Shown: positions 25,586-38,924, counted from the whole stretch's first letter. The stretch: DNA of 63,968 bases, filler included, from Vicugna vicugna (GCA_013265495.1; 78 parts of 75 records of this genome joined end to end with filler, not necessarily neighbours in it), one strand, 5' to 3'. Program-made: numbers and translations. The notes: generated from the letters alone by a model not told the origin.

Positions 25586-26418
25586 TGAGATGAAGCTGGG
25601 AGTACGGAGAAACTAGGGCAGCTAGAATTCCCAAGTCAGAATACAACAGGGGAGAATTCTGCACAGAAGGAAAACACTGGAGAATGCGGAGAGTCCGCCT
25701 TGGGTATGCAGCTGAGAACTCATCTGCACATAACTGTGCAGGGGAAAGATTCAGCCAACGTGATCAGAGGGGGCAATGCCTGGCAATCACAGAGCTGGGA
25801 ATAGGGCCAGTTCCTACCAGCCAGACTGGACAATTTCATCCCTTATAGGGTGTTGGGTAGAATACTCAGATGCATCTTGCCCTAGTAGTGGGGAAAAAAA
25901 AAACACCTTGGAGTGAAAATTGCTCTAGTTCTGCTTAAAAAGTCTTAAAAGCAAGACTTTTTGTAAGTGACTAAACTGCTTTCCACCACACAGCTTTATA
26001 AGGTATACAGGAATACAAAAATATCCAGCACCCAACAAGTTAAAACTCACAATGTCGGACGTGCAATAATAGAAGCTACCAAATACCAAACGTGAAGCAA
26101 GAAGACACAACACATAATGGGAAGACATCAGTCTGTCTGAACTAATCCAGAGATGACAGAGATGTTAGAATTAGCAGACAAGAATATCAAAACAGTATAA
26201 CTGTATTTTTTGTTCAAAAATTGAGATGTGGAATATACTGAAAAGTACTCAAATTGAACTTTTAGAGATAGAAAGTATAATATATAAAATTAAAGATATA
26301 TCTGAAATTTATAGCAAATTTGATATTAATGGAGGGAAAAATAGTAAACTGCTGTCAGGAAGAGAATGAATCAAAAAAAAGTGGCCAAATATATGTGTAT
26401 ATTTTGAGTCCCTGAAAG
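25586..26418 (+). mobile_element. Old eutherian L1 5' region / decayed ORF1 (L1MD/L1ME-like)
   Basis: CCAGCACCCAACAAGTTAAAACTCACAATGTC..CCAGAGATGACAGAGATGTTAGAATTAGCAGACAAG matches recalled L1M 5'-end/ORF1 consensus. Confidence 0.72.
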
Positions 26419-27263
26419 NNNNNNNNNNNNNNNNNNNNNNNNNNNNNNNNNNNNNNNNNNNNTTAATTAATTAANNNNNNNNNNNNNNNNNNNNNNNNNN
26501 NNNNNNNNNNNNNNNNNNGGACTAGGGATGCCACCCACCCCTGTTGTGAGCCCCTGCAGAGACGCAGATGAACAAGTGTGAGGTGGGTGACAGGGAGAGA
26601 GCAGCTTGTCAGTTTGGACCAGGAACTGCCACCTAAAGATCTAGTTCTGTGACGGGCTCAGCTGAAATGTCTGTGCACCCCCACCTCGGCATTCCAGCCC
26701 TTATGGCACTGGAGGATGTATCCACCCATATTCTGGCTGTGGGGTGGGGTCTGCTACAGGCAGGAGACCCCAGCTGCTCCCTCAGCTCCTCGCCCCACTT
26801 TCTCCAGGCATCAGTGGGCTGTCCTGTGCACCTACTTAGTCTCCCGACCATCTCTGAACCTTGGCCCAAGGCTCAGAACCTTCTTCAGAGGGTCACTTCC
26901 AAATGTTTGGAATATCCCCCTGCCCACTTGGCATCTTACGTGCATAAAGCAAAAGAGAGGATAACATTCAAGATACTAAACAAGCTCACAGCACCGTGTA
27001 GTGTTCCAGAATCTGTCCTCTTCACCATCGTCAGTGACTGCTGGGATGAGATCTGCCCCATGGGAGCCTTTCAGACCCCGTACGCCATGGTGGGCCCTGG
27101 GACCCTGAGACGATCACGCCAGGCCCCATGATGACACAAACCACTTGGGGCGGAAGATGGAGGNNNNNNNNNNNNNNNNNNNNNNNNNNNNNNNNNNNNN
27201 NNNNNNNTTAATTAATTAANNNNNNNNNNNNNNNNNNNNNNNNNNNNNNNNNNNNNNNNNNNN

Positions 27264-27715
27264 TAGAATATAGAATACAAAATTCTGAATATCAAATTTA
27301 GAATACAGAATGTAGAACACACAAAATTGAATGTACAATACGGAACGCAGAATATTGAATACAGAATATAGAAAGTAGAATTCAGAATATAGAATATAGA
27401 ATTCGGAATGCAGAATATAGAATATAGAATATAGAATGATGAACAGAGAATGTAGAATACAGAGTAGAGNNNNNNNNNNNNNNNNNNNNNNNNNNNNNNN
27501 NNNNNNNNNNNNNNNNNNNNNNNNNNNNNNNNNNNNNNNNNNNNNNNNNNNNNNNNNNNNNNNNNNNNNNNNNNNNNNNNNNNNNNNNNNNNNNNNNNNN
27601 TAAGGAATGCAAAAAATACAAAATATAGAATGTAGAACACAGAATGTATAACATGGAAAACAGAATACGAAACCGAGAATATAGGACATGGAATACAGAA
27701 CACAGAGTTTAGAAT
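27264..27715 (+). repeat. Satellite family E, degenerate (AGAATAT)n
   Basis: 7-bp periodicity with variants AGAATAT, AGAATAC, AGAACAC, AGAATTT. Confidence 0.96.
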
Positions 27716-27815
27716 NNNNNNNNNNNNNNNNNNNNNNNNNNNNNNNNNNNNNNNNNNNNTTAATTAATTAANNNNNNNNNNNNNNNNNNNNNNNNNNNNN
27801 NNNNNNNNNNNNNNN

Positions 27816-28323
27816 GAACAGGGAACACCTGTGACTGAAGAGAGCTTCGTGAAGTTGTCTTTCGAGCTCCCCCACGAACTGACTATGGTTCCCGAATCCT
27901 GAGCATGGGGAGGTTCCACCAACGGTCGGCAGCGCGTGGGTTCTAACGGAATGCCTAAGCGCGTCTCCCCTGAGTGTTTTCGTAATGTCTCTCTGCCAGG
28001 GAATGCTAGGGGTGGTTGCAGGTTATCCCAGTGACAGAGGCTGCCTCCCCAAGTTCAGGGAAGGTATATTTCGGACTTCCCAGAACAGGGAACANNNNNN
28101 NNNNNNNNNNNNNNNNNNNNNNNNNNNNNNNNNNNNNNNNNNNNNNNNNNNNNNNNNNNNNNNNNNNNNNNNNNNNNNNNNNNNNNNNNNNNNNNNNNNN
28201 NNNNNNNNNNNNNNTCCCCTGAGGTTTTTCTTAATATCTCTGTGCCAGGGAATGCTAGGGTGTTTTGCAGGATATCATAGTGACATAGGCTGCCTCCCCA
28301 AAGTCAGGGAATGTATTTCTCGG
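27816..28323 (-). repeat. Satellite family A (internal gap)
   Basis: Reverse complement of the 267-bp monomer. Confidence 0.95.
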
Positions 28324-28423
28324 NNNNNNNNNNNNNNNNNNNNNNNNNNNNNNNNNNNNNNNNNNNNTTAATTAATTAANNNNNNNNNNNNNNNNNNNNN
28401 NNNNNNNNNNNNNNNNNNNNNNN

Positions 28424-28882
28424 GGAACCCTGAGCGTGGGGAGGTTCCACCAACGGTCGGCAGCGATTTTGTTCCAACGGAATGACTGTGCTGGTATCCC
28501 CTGAGTTTTTTCCTAATATCTCTGTGCCAGGGAATGCTAGGGGTGTTTGCAGGAAATCCCTGTGACAGAGGCTGCCTCCCCAAGGTCAGGGAAGGTATTT
28601 CTCAGACTTCCCCAGTGACTGAAGAGAGCGGTGTGGAGTTGTTTATCGAGCTTCCCAACGCACTGACTATGCTTCCGGAACTCTGAGTGTGGGGTGGTTC
28701 CACCAACGGTCGGCAGCGCGTGTGTTCCCATGGAATGCCTGAGCTGGTCTCCCCTGAGGGTTTTCCTAATATCTCTGTGCCAGGAAATGCTAGGGTGGTT
28801 TGCAGGATATCCCAGTGACAGAAGCTGCCTCCCCCACGTCAGGGAAGCTATTTCTTGGACTTCCCCGGACAGGGAACACCTG
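28424..28882 (-). repeat. Satellite family A
   Basis: GGTTCCACCAACGGTCGGCAGCG occurs twice; one monomer has a small internal deletion. Confidence 0.94.
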
Positions 28883-28982
28883 NNNNNNNNNNNNNNNNNN
28901 NNNNNNNNNNNNNNNNNNNNNNNNNNTTAATTAATTAANNNNNNNNNNNNNNNNNNNNNNNNNNNNNNNNNNNNNNNNNNNN

Positions 28983-29885
28983 ATGTTTCATGCAACACAG
29001 ATTATTCAAAGATGCATTTCTGAGTTGCAAACATGCGCATGAATGATGTTTCCAACATAAAAGTGTACCTATGCACTTTGAAATATTTACTTTGACTTCA
29101 TAGTTTCTCCCTGTCACCAGTTTCAAGAATCACACTTTGATCCAAGTAAAACACTCTTTGATCGAATTCTACCCTAGAGATATATAATTTGAATAGATTA
29201 CATACAAGTTATTCCGTGTTATGTACATGCTACATGCATGACGGATTTGACAAACATGCATTCATGAGTCGAGAGCATGTGGATTACTGATCTTTCATCC
29301 TCTATAAAAGGAAAATCTTTATCTAGACACGTGTACACATTTTCAGAAGATTCCCCTAACACCAGTTTCGAGTTTGTGCATTTTTCACAGAAAAATAATT
29401 CTGGAGCGATTTCCACCTAATAGATATGTAATTTACATGGAATTCCATCAACATGGCATTCCGGGTTCCGTATATTTTACATGCATGACGGATTCGACAA
29501 ACTTGCATTCCTGTGTTGAGAGCATGTGGATTACTGATCTTTCATCCTCTATAAAAGGAATATTTCATCAAGAGCCGCGGACTCATTTTCACAAGCTTTT
29601 CCTAACACCAGTTGCGAATTCATGCATTTCTCATCACTGAAAAATACTTCGGGAGCGATTTCAACCTAACAGATATGTATTTTACATAAAATCGATCAAC
29701 ATGTCATCCCGGGTTCTGTACATGCTATATGCATGATGGATTCGACAAACATGCGTTTCCCAGTTGTGAACATGTGGATTACTGACCTTTCATCTACCAA
29801 ACAAGGCATTTATACACTTAGAAATATTTACTCTGACTTGATAGGTTTTTTCTCTCACCAGATTCCACAATCGGACATTTTGCTC
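28983..29885 (+). repeat. Satellite family B, containing an extra hybrid monomer (tetrameric variant)
   Basis: The monomer-2 tail CTTTCATCCTCTATAAAAGGAA occurs twice, ~248 bp apart. Confidence 0.93.
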
Positions 29886-29985
29886 NNNNNNNNNNNNNNN
29901 NNNNNNNNNNNNNNNNNNNNNNNNNNNNNTTAATTAATTAANNNNNNNNNNNNNNNNNNNNNNNNNNNNNNNNNNNNNNNNNNNN

Positions 29986-30528
29986 TAACTGGTGATAGGA
30001 AGAAGCTACAAAGTAAAAGTAAATATTTCATGGTGCATAGGTAACTTCTTTGGTAGTTGATACATCAGTCATGCGCATGTTCACAACTCAGAAATTCATG
30101 TTTGAGGAATCCATGATGCATGGACATGTTCGTAATACGGAATACCATGTTTAAGTAAGCAATGCAAATTACATGTGTATTGGTGAGAATTCACTCAAAG
30201 AGCATTTTCTGGTGCCAAATATCCGATTTTAGAACCTGGTGATAGGAAAATCTATGAAGTCAGAGTAAATATGTCTAAGTTTATATTCGCCTTGTTCGGA
30301 GGATGAAAGGACAGTAATCCACATGCTCACAATTCAGAAACGCATGTTTGCCAAATCCGTCATATATGTAGCATGTACCGAACCTGGAATGCCATGTTGT
30401 TGGAATTCATGTAAATTACACATCTGTTAGGTGGAAATCGCTCCAGAAATATTTTTCTGTGAGAAAAGCATGGATACATTTTCCTGTGAGAAAAGCAGGG
30501 ATTCGAAACTGGTTTTAGGGAAAGCTTG
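29986..30528 (-). repeat. Satellite family B
   Basis: Reverse-complement B motifs. Confidence 0.94.
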
Positions 30529-30628
30529 NNNNNNNNNNNNNNNNNNNNNNNNNNNNNNNNNNNNNNNNNNNNTTAATTAATTAANNNNNNNNNNNNNNNN
30601 NNNNNNNNNNNNNNNNNNNNNNNNNNNN

Positions 30629-31281
30629 CTACATGCATGACGGATTCGACAAACATGAGCTTCTGATTTGTGACCATGTGGTTTAGTGAACTTTCATCCA
30701 ACAGAACAAGGCATATATGCACTTAGAAATATTTATTGTGACTTCATATGTTTTTTTCTTTCACCAGATTCTAAAATCGGACATTTGGCCCCAGAAAAAA
30801 ATCTTTGAGCGAATTCTCACCAATACACACGTAATTTACATTGTTTACATAACCATGGCATTCCGTATTCCGAACATGTTTCATGCACCATGGAATCCTT
30901 AAACATGAATTTCTGAGTTGTAAACATGTGCATGACTGATGTTTCTACCACCAAACAATTTACCTATGCACTCTGAAATATTTACTTTGACTTCGTAGCT
31001 TCTTCCTATCACCAGTTTCAAGAATCACTCTTTGATCCCAGAAAAACCCTCTTGGAATGTAATTTGACTAGATTCCATCAACATGAAATTCCGTGTTCCG
31101 TACAAGCTTCATGCATGACGGATTTGACAAACATGCATTCCTGAGTTTATAACATGTGGATTACTGATCTTTCATCCTCTATAAAAGGAATAATTTCATC
31201 TAGACACGTGTACTCATTTTCACAAACTTTCCATAACACCAGTTTTGAATTCGTTCATTTTTCACAGAAAAATACTTCTGG
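30629..31281 (+). repeat. Satellite family B
   Basis: Monomers 3-1-2 in order. Confidence 0.94.
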
Positions 31282-31381
31282 NNNNNNNNNNNNNNNNNNN
31301 NNNNNNNNNNNNNNNNNNNNNNNNNTTAATTAATTAANNNNNNNNNNNNNNNNNNNNNNNNNNNNNNNNNNNNNNNNNNNN

Positions 31382-31798
31382 ATGTTCACAACTCAGAAAT
31401 CAAGTTTGAGGAATCCGTGATGCAGGAAACATGTTTGTAATACGGAATGCTATGGTTATGTAAACAAGGTAAATTACATGTGTATTTGTGAGAATTCATT
31501 CAAAGACTGTTTTCTGGAGCCAGATGTCTGATTTTAGAACCTGGTGATAGAAAAATCTATGAAGTCAGAGTAAATAATTCTAAGTGTATATTCGCATTGT
31601 TTGGTGGATGAAAGGTCAGTAATCCACATGCTCACAAGTCAGAACTGCATGATTCCCGAATCCGTCATGCATGTATCATGTACGGAACCCAGAATCATGT
31701 ACGGAGAATTCCATGTTGATGGAATTCATGTATATTACATACATATGAGGTGAAAATCGCTCCAGAAATATTTTTTGTGAAAAATGCACGAATTCGAA
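31382..31798 (-). repeat. Satellite family B
   Basis: Reverse-complement B motifs. Confidence 0.93.
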
Positions 31799-33154
31799 NN
31801 NNNNNNNNNNNNNNNNNNNNNNNNNNNNNNNNNNNNNNNNNNTTAATTAATTAANNNNNNNNNNNNNNNNNNNNNNNNNNNNNNNNNNNNNNNNNNNNTT
31901 TCGGCCAGCTTCTCTTCGTGTCTCCCATAAATTCGACTTCGCCTGGGCTGGGGAAGTGTGAAAGTACCTCGGAGCCTCACCAGTAAGCTGATGACAGGCA
32001 GATCTTCCACTGTCTGCCCTTTCAGGTTCTGGAAACTGACCTGTGAACTCAGGTCTTTGGGCAGCAGCAGTATCTCGAACTTACAAAGCTTCCCGGAACA
32101 AACACCTAAGCCAAGCTCCACAGAGGNNNNNNNNNNNNNNNNNNNNNNNNNNNNNNNNNNNNNNNNNNNNNNNNNNNNNNNNNNNNNNNNNNNNNNNNNN
32201 NNNNNNNNNNNNNNNNNNNNNNNNNNNNNNNNNNNNNNNNNNNNNNNNNNNNNNNNNNNNNNNNNNNNNNNNNNNNNNNNNNNNNNNNNNNNNNNNNNNN
32301 NNNNNNNNNNNNNNNNNNNNNNNNNNNNNNNNNNNNNNNNNNNNNNNNNNNNNNNNNNNNNNNNNNNNNNNNNNNNNNNNNNNNNNNNNNNNNNNATCTG
32401 TATGCCAGAACCACTGGAGGGAAGTGGGTCCCTTTTCAGTTGATGGTTTGACACGTCTTTAAACTTTCTAACAGTTCACAGTACAAAGAGACCCACTTAA
32501 GGAGACTTATGTTCCTATAATATGCATACAGCCGGAAAACATATGCGTCGCCTGATTTCTGCTGAAACACCCGCACTCTCAGGACATGGATCCATTTGTT
32601 TCATGGGGGCTGAAATTCCAAGAAATGAAACCAACCCCAATGTGCACTTTACTGTCTGTCTCNNNNNNNNNNNNNNNNNNNNNNNNNNNNNNNNNNNNNN
32701 NNNNNNNNNNNNNNNNNNNNNNNNNNNNNNNNNNNNNNNNNNNNNNNNNNNNNNNNNNNNNNNNNNNNNNNNNNNNNNNNNNNNNNNNNNNNNNNNNNNN
32801 NNNNNNNNNNNNNNNNNNNNNNNNNNNNNNNNNNNNNNNNNNNNGAATCAATATAATATGAATGCACGCCTCTGATTTCCAAATACAAGTGCGCTGAGTA
32901 CATGCAAGCCGCGATACTAATTCGATGGGTGATGAATGACCCTTGACATCACATTGGGTAATTTCTTTTGAATAATCATGGTTCCCTTGCTAAATTTCAG
33001 CCTTCCGTTACCTTTTGGTGCTTGTTGGTTGGTTTGATTCTTTGTTGGTCTGCTNNNNNNNNNNNNNNNNNNNNNNNNNNNNNNNNNNNNNNNNNNNNTT
33101 AATTAATTAANNNNNNNNNNNNNNNNNNNNNNNNNNNNNNNNNNNNNNNNNNNN

Positions 33155-34662
33155 AGTATTGAATGTTGAACACAGAGTATAGAATATAGAATACGGAATG
33201 CTGAATATGGAATTTAGAATATAGAATGTAGAACACCGAATAGAGAATATAGAATACGGAATGCAGAATATAGAATACAAAATTTAGAATGTAGAACACA
33301 GAATAGAGAACATAGAATAGAGTATATGGAACACAAAATATAGAACATGGAATGCAGAACACAGAATTTAGATTATAGAATACAGAAAACTGAATATAGA
33401 ATTTAGAATATAGAANNNNNNNNNNNNNNNNNNNNNNNNNNNNNNNNNNNNNNNNNNNNNNNNNNNNNNNNNNNNNNNNNNNNNNNNNNNNNNNNNNNNN
33501 NNNNNNNNNNNNNNNNNNNNNNNNNNNNNNNNNNNNNNNNNNNNNNNNNNNNNNNNNNNNNNNNNNNNNNNNNNNNNNNNNNNNNNNNNNNNNNNNNNNN
33601 NNNNNNNNNNNNNNNNNNNNNNNNNNNNNNNNNNNNNNNNNNNNNNNNNNNNNNNNNNNNNNNNNNNNNNNNNNNNNNNNNNNNNNNNNNNNNNNNNNNN
33701 NNNNNNNNNNNNNNNNNNNNNNNNNNNNNNNNNNNNNNNNNNNNNNNNNNNNNNNNNNNNNNNNNNNNNNNNNNNNNNNNNNNNNNNNNNNNNNNNNNNN
33801 NNNNNNNNNNNNNNNNNNNNNNNNNNNNNNNNNNNNNNNNNNNNNNNNNNNNNNNNNNNNNNNNNNNNNNNNNNNNNNNNNNNNNNNNNNNNNNNNNNNN
33901 NNNNNNNNNNNNNNNNNNNNNNNNNNNNNNNNNNNNNNNNNNNNNNNNNNNNNNNNNNNNNNNNNNNNNNNNNNNNNNNNNNNNNNNNNNNNNNNNNNNN
34001 NNNNNNNNNNNNNNNNNNNNNNNNNNNNNNNNNNNNNNNNNNNNNNNNNNNNNNNNNNNNNNNNNNNNNNNNNNNNNGAATATAGAATTTAGAATATAGA
34101 ATGTAGAACACAGAACTCAGAAGATAGAGTATAGAATACAGAATATAGAATTTAGAATATAGAATGTAGAACACAGAATATAGAATATAGAATACAGAAT
34201 ATAGAATATAGAATTCAGAATATAGAACACAGAATTTGGAACATAGAATGCAGAACACAGAATTTAGAATATAGAATAACGAATTCTGAATATAGAATTA
34301 AGAATATACAATTTAGAACACAGAATATAGAATATAGAATACAGAATATAGAATATAGAATTCAGAATATAGAACACAGAATTTAGAACATAGAATGCAG
34401 AACACAGAATTTAGAATATAGAATAACGAATTCTGAATATAGAATTAAGAATATACAATTTAGAACACAGAATATAGAATATAGAATACGGAATCCAGAA
34501 TATAGAATACAGAATATATAATGTAGAACACAGAATATAGAATATGGAAAACATAATACAAAACCCAGAATTGAGAATATGGAATGTAGAAAACTGTATT
34601 TAGAATATAGAAAGGAGTATACTGAATATAGAAATTCAATATAGAATGTAGAACACAGAATT
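33155..34662 (+). repeat. Satellite family E, (AGAATAT)n with a 147-bp higher-order duplication (internal gap)
   Basis: 7-bp periodicity; rare word AACGAATTCTG at 34278 and 34425. Confidence 0.96.
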
Positions 34663-34762
34663 NNNNNNNNNNNNNNNNNNNNNNNNNNNNNNNNNNNNNN
34701 NNNNNNTTAATTAATTAANNNNNNNNNNNNNNNNNNNNNNNNNNNNNNNNNNNNNNNNNNNN

Positions 34763-35465
34763 CCACGCGCTGCCGACCGTTGGTGGAACCTCCCAAGGCT
34801 CAGGATTACGGAACCAATGTCAGTGATTGGGGGAGCTCGAGAGACAACTCCACGAAGCTCTCTTCAGTCACAGGTGTTCCCTGTTCGGGGAAGTCCGAGA
34901 AATACCTTCCCTGACCTTGGGGAGGCAGCCTCTGACACTGGGATATCCTGCAANNNNNNNNNNNNNNNNNNNNNNNNNNNNNNNNNNNNNNNNNNNNNNN
35001 NNNNNNNNNNNNNNNNNNNNNNNNNNNNNNNNNNNNNNNNNNNNNNNNNNNNNNNNNNNNNNNNNNNNNNNNNNNNNNNNNNNNNNNNNNNNNNNNNNNN
35101 NNNNNNNNNNNNNNNNNNNNNNNNNNNNNNNNNNNNNNNNNNNNNNNNNNNNNNNNNNNNNNNNNNNNNNNNNNNNNNNNNNNNNNNNNNNNNNNNNNNN
35201 NNNNNNNNNNNNNNNNNNNNNNNNNNNNNNNNNNNNNNNNNNNNNNNNNNNNNNNNNNNNNNNNAGCTTAAGCATTCCGTTAGAACCCACGTGCTGCCGA
35301 CCGTTGGTGGAACCTCCCCACGCTCAGGATTCCGGAATCATTGTCAGTGCGTGGGGGAGCTCGAGAGACAACTCCACGCACCTCTCTTCAGTCACAGTTG
35401 TTCCCTATTCGGTGAAGCCAGAGAAATAAATTCCCTGACCTTGGGGAGGCAGCATCTGACACTGG
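34763..35465 (+). repeat. Satellite family A (internal gap)
   Basis: 267-bp monomer motifs on both sides of the gap. Confidence 0.95.
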
Positions 35466-36442
35466 NNNNNNNNNNNNNNNNNNNNNNNNNNNNNNNNNNN
35501 NNNNNNNNNTTAATTAATTAANNNNNNNNNNNNNNNNNNNNNNNNNNNNNNNNNNNNNNNNNNNNTGGTATGTGTGAGTCTGGGGTGGAGATGTCCTGTG
35601 GATCTGAGAATCAGCCGAGACATTCAGAAAGGGCTCTGAGGTTTCTGCCTGGTTCCTGGGGACTGTGTTTGCAGGACTCCACACAGGAGATCACACAGGA
35701 CCTTGTTCATGGAGTCCCCTGCTCCATCTCCTTGTAAGAGTGGCAGCGGTCCCAAGACACCAACAGAACCCAGGACGGGCTCAGGGTGAGTGCAAGTAAG
35801 GAGACTCTACACCCTGGAAGCCCTGGGTCCAAGAACTGCCCTCCACCTCTCCTGGTCTCCCTCTTGAGACCTGCTGGCAAAGGAATTTGATTCCCCATCT
35901 CTCCCACCCACCCTCACAGTCCAGGCTCTGCCCTGGCCAGATGCAAAGTCAATGTCCACATATGAGACAGAATCTCTGGAAGAGCCTTTGATAGAATTTC
36001 AGTTCATGTTACGTCAAGGGTGTTTCTGTATTTTTGTACAGATTTTCATGTTTTCCTTCCATCCCATGTGTCCATGTTGGCCCGACAATCCTGATCCCAC
36101 ACAGTCCAGGATCAGCCTCTGGGTTCTCATCTCTAAAATGAGATGCTTTGATAGCAGTCAAGGGGATGATGTAGTTAATAGAGGGAAGAAGTGCTGTCAA
36201 TACTGGGCTGACACAATGATCGGAGAAACTGGTACACTTAGTCATCACCCACTGACACTTTTCCTGCTGATACTGAGAAACTTTATTCTGCCGAGAGCTC
36301 TCTTGTCCCATCTCTTGTCACAAGTCCCTGAGGCTTGTAGATNNNNNNNNNNNNNNNNNNNNNNNNNNNNNNNNNNNNNNNNNNNNTTAATTAATTAANN
36401 NNNNNNNNNNNNNNNNNNNNNNNNNNNNNNNNNNNNNNNNNN

Positions 36443-36916
36443 TTACAGACCTTTCACCCTCCGAAGAAGGCGTATATACACTTAGAATTATTTACTCTGA
36501 CTTCAAGGGTTTTTCCGATCACGAGGTTCTAAAATCGGACATATGGCACCAAAAAACAATCTTTGAGCGAATTCTCACCAATACACATGTAATTTACATT
36601 GTTTACAGAACCATGGCATTCCGTATTACGAACTAGTNNNNNNNNNNNNNNNNNNNNNNNNNNNNNNNNNNNNNNNNNNNNNNNNNNNNNNTGATGTTTC
36701 AACCACCAAACAAGTTACCTATGCACTCTGAAATATTTACTTTGACTGTGTAGCTTCTTCCTATCACCAGTTTCAAGAATCACACTTTGATCCCACAAAA
36801 ACCCTCTTGGAGCGAATACTTCCCTACAGATTTGTAATTTGAATAGATTCCATCTACATGATAGACCGTGCTCCGTACATGCTAGATACATGACGGATTT
36901 GACAAACATGCATTCC
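36443..36916 (+). repeat. Satellite family B (internal gap)
   Basis: GTTCTAAAATCGGACAT and CAAGTTACCTATGCAC motifs. Confidence 0.93.
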
Positions 36917-37611
36917 NNNNNNNNNNNNNNNNNNNNNNNNNNNNNNNNNNNNNNNNNNNNTTAATTAATTAANNNNNNNNNNNNNNNNNNNNNNNNNNNN
37001 NNNNNNNNNNNNNNNNTTTCTATTTGACATAGTTGGGGAACTTGATGGAGGGTGGTGTTAGTATGTTGCAGTTAGCCAGGAGAGGAGTTTAAGAAAGCAG
37101 TGAAGGGTTGGTGACATTTTTCGCTGAGGACAGTCCTGTTCAGTTGGCTTGTAATTACAGGCTCGTTGAGTTGTCACTGGAGGGAATTAATCTTAAGGAA
37201 TTTGGNNNNNNNNNNNNNNNNNNNNNNNNNNNNNNNNNNNNNNNNNNNNNNNNNNNNNNNNNNNNNNNNNNNNNNNNNNNNNNNNNNNNNNNNNNNNNNN
37301 NNNNNNNNNNNNNNNNNNNNNNNNNNNNNNNNNNNNNNNNNNNNNNNNNNNNNNNNNNNNNNNNNNNNNNNNNNNNNNNNNNNNNNNNAGTTGTCAAACT
37401 GTGACTTTGCTCTTTGGACGGTGTATCCACCAAGGGTATTGGCCGTTTATAAGTTTCCATTACTCTTTAATACATGTCAGGTTATGAGGATGTGGGCATA
37501 AACGTTTCACANNNNNNNNNNNNNNNNNNNNNNNNNNNNNNNNNNNNNNNNNNNNTTAATTAATTAANNNNNNNNNNNNNNNNNNNNNNNNNNNNNNNNN
37601 NNNNNNNNNNN

Positions 37612-38824
37612 ATGACTGATGTTTCAACCACCAAACAAGTTACCTATGCAATATGATATATTTATGTTTACTTCGTAGCTTCTGCCTATCACCAGGTTCA
37701 AGAATCACACTTTGATCCCACAAAAACCCTCTTGGAGCGAATTCTACCCTAGAGATATGTAATTTGAATAGATTCCATCTACATGATATTCCGTGNNNNN
37801 NNNNNNNNNNNNNNNNNNNNNNNNNNNNNNNNNNNNNNNNNNNNNNNNNNNNNNNNNNNNNNNNNNNNNNNNNNNNNNNNNNNNNNNNNNNNNNNNNNNN
37901 NNNNNNNNNNNNNNNNNNNNNNNNNNNNNNNNNNNNNNNNNNNNNNNNNNNNNNNNNNNNNNNNNNNNNNNNNNNNNNNNNNNNNNNNNNNNNNNNNNNN
38001 NNNNNNNNNNNNNNNNNNNNNNNNNNNNNNNNNNNNNNNNNNNNNNNNNNNNNNNNNNNNNNNNNNNNNNNNNNNNNNNNNNNNNNNNNNNNNNNNNNNN
38101 NNNNNNNNNNNNNNNNNNNNNNNNNNNNNNNNNNNNNNNNNNNNNNNNNNNNNNNNNNNNNNNNNNNNNNNNNNNNNNNNNNNNNNNNNNNNNNNNNNNN
38201 NNNNNNNNNNNNNNNNNNNNNNNNNNNNNNNNNNNNNNNNNNNNNNNNNNNNNNNNNNNNNNNNNNNNNNNNNNNNNNNNNNNNNNNNNNNNNNNNNNNN
38301 NNNNNNNNNNNNNNNNNNNNNNNNNNNNNNNNNNNNNNNNNNNNNNNNNNNNNNNNNNNNNNNNNNNNNNNNNNNNNNNNNNNNNNNNNNNNNNNNNNNN
38401 NNNNNNNNNNNNNNNNNNNNNNNNNNNNNNNTCAAGAATCACACTTTGATCCCACAAAAACCCTCTTGGAGCGAATTCTTCCCTAGAGATATGTAATTTG
38501 AATGGATTCCATCTACATGATATTCCGTGTTTCTTACATGCTACATACATGACGGATATGACAAACATGCTTTCCTGACTTGAGAGCATGTGGATTACTA
38601 ATCTTTCATCCTCTATAAAAGGAATATTTTCATCTAGTCACGTGTACACATATTCACAAGCTTTTCCTATTACCAGGTTCGAATTCGTGCATTTTTCACA
38701 GAAAAATCGTTCTGGAGCGATTTCCATCTAACAGATATCTAATTTACATGTATTCCAACAATTTGGCATTCCGGGTTCTGTACATGCTACATGGATTACG
38801 GATTTGGCAATCATGCGTTTCTGA
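37612..38824 (+). repeat. Satellite family B (internal gap)
   Basis: TCAAGAATCACACTTTGATCCCACAAAAACCCTCTTGGAGCGAATTCT on both sides of the gap. Confidence 0.94.
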
Positions 38825-38924
38825 NNNNNNNNNNNNNNNNNNNNNNNNNNNNNNNNNNNNNNNNNNNNTTAATTAATTAANNNNNNNNNNNNNNNNNNNN
38901 NNNNNNNNNNNNNNNNNNNNNNNN

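Noticed and set aside
26649..27131. Longest N-free ORF in non-satellite sequence (160 aa)
   Set aside because: Non-ATG start, no recognisable domain and overlapping ORFs on both strands, typical of chance ORFs in GC-rich mammalian DNA
37017..37511. Possible ERV env-like fragment on the minus strand
   Set aside because: Impression from composition only; no diagnostic env or pol motif, and several stops
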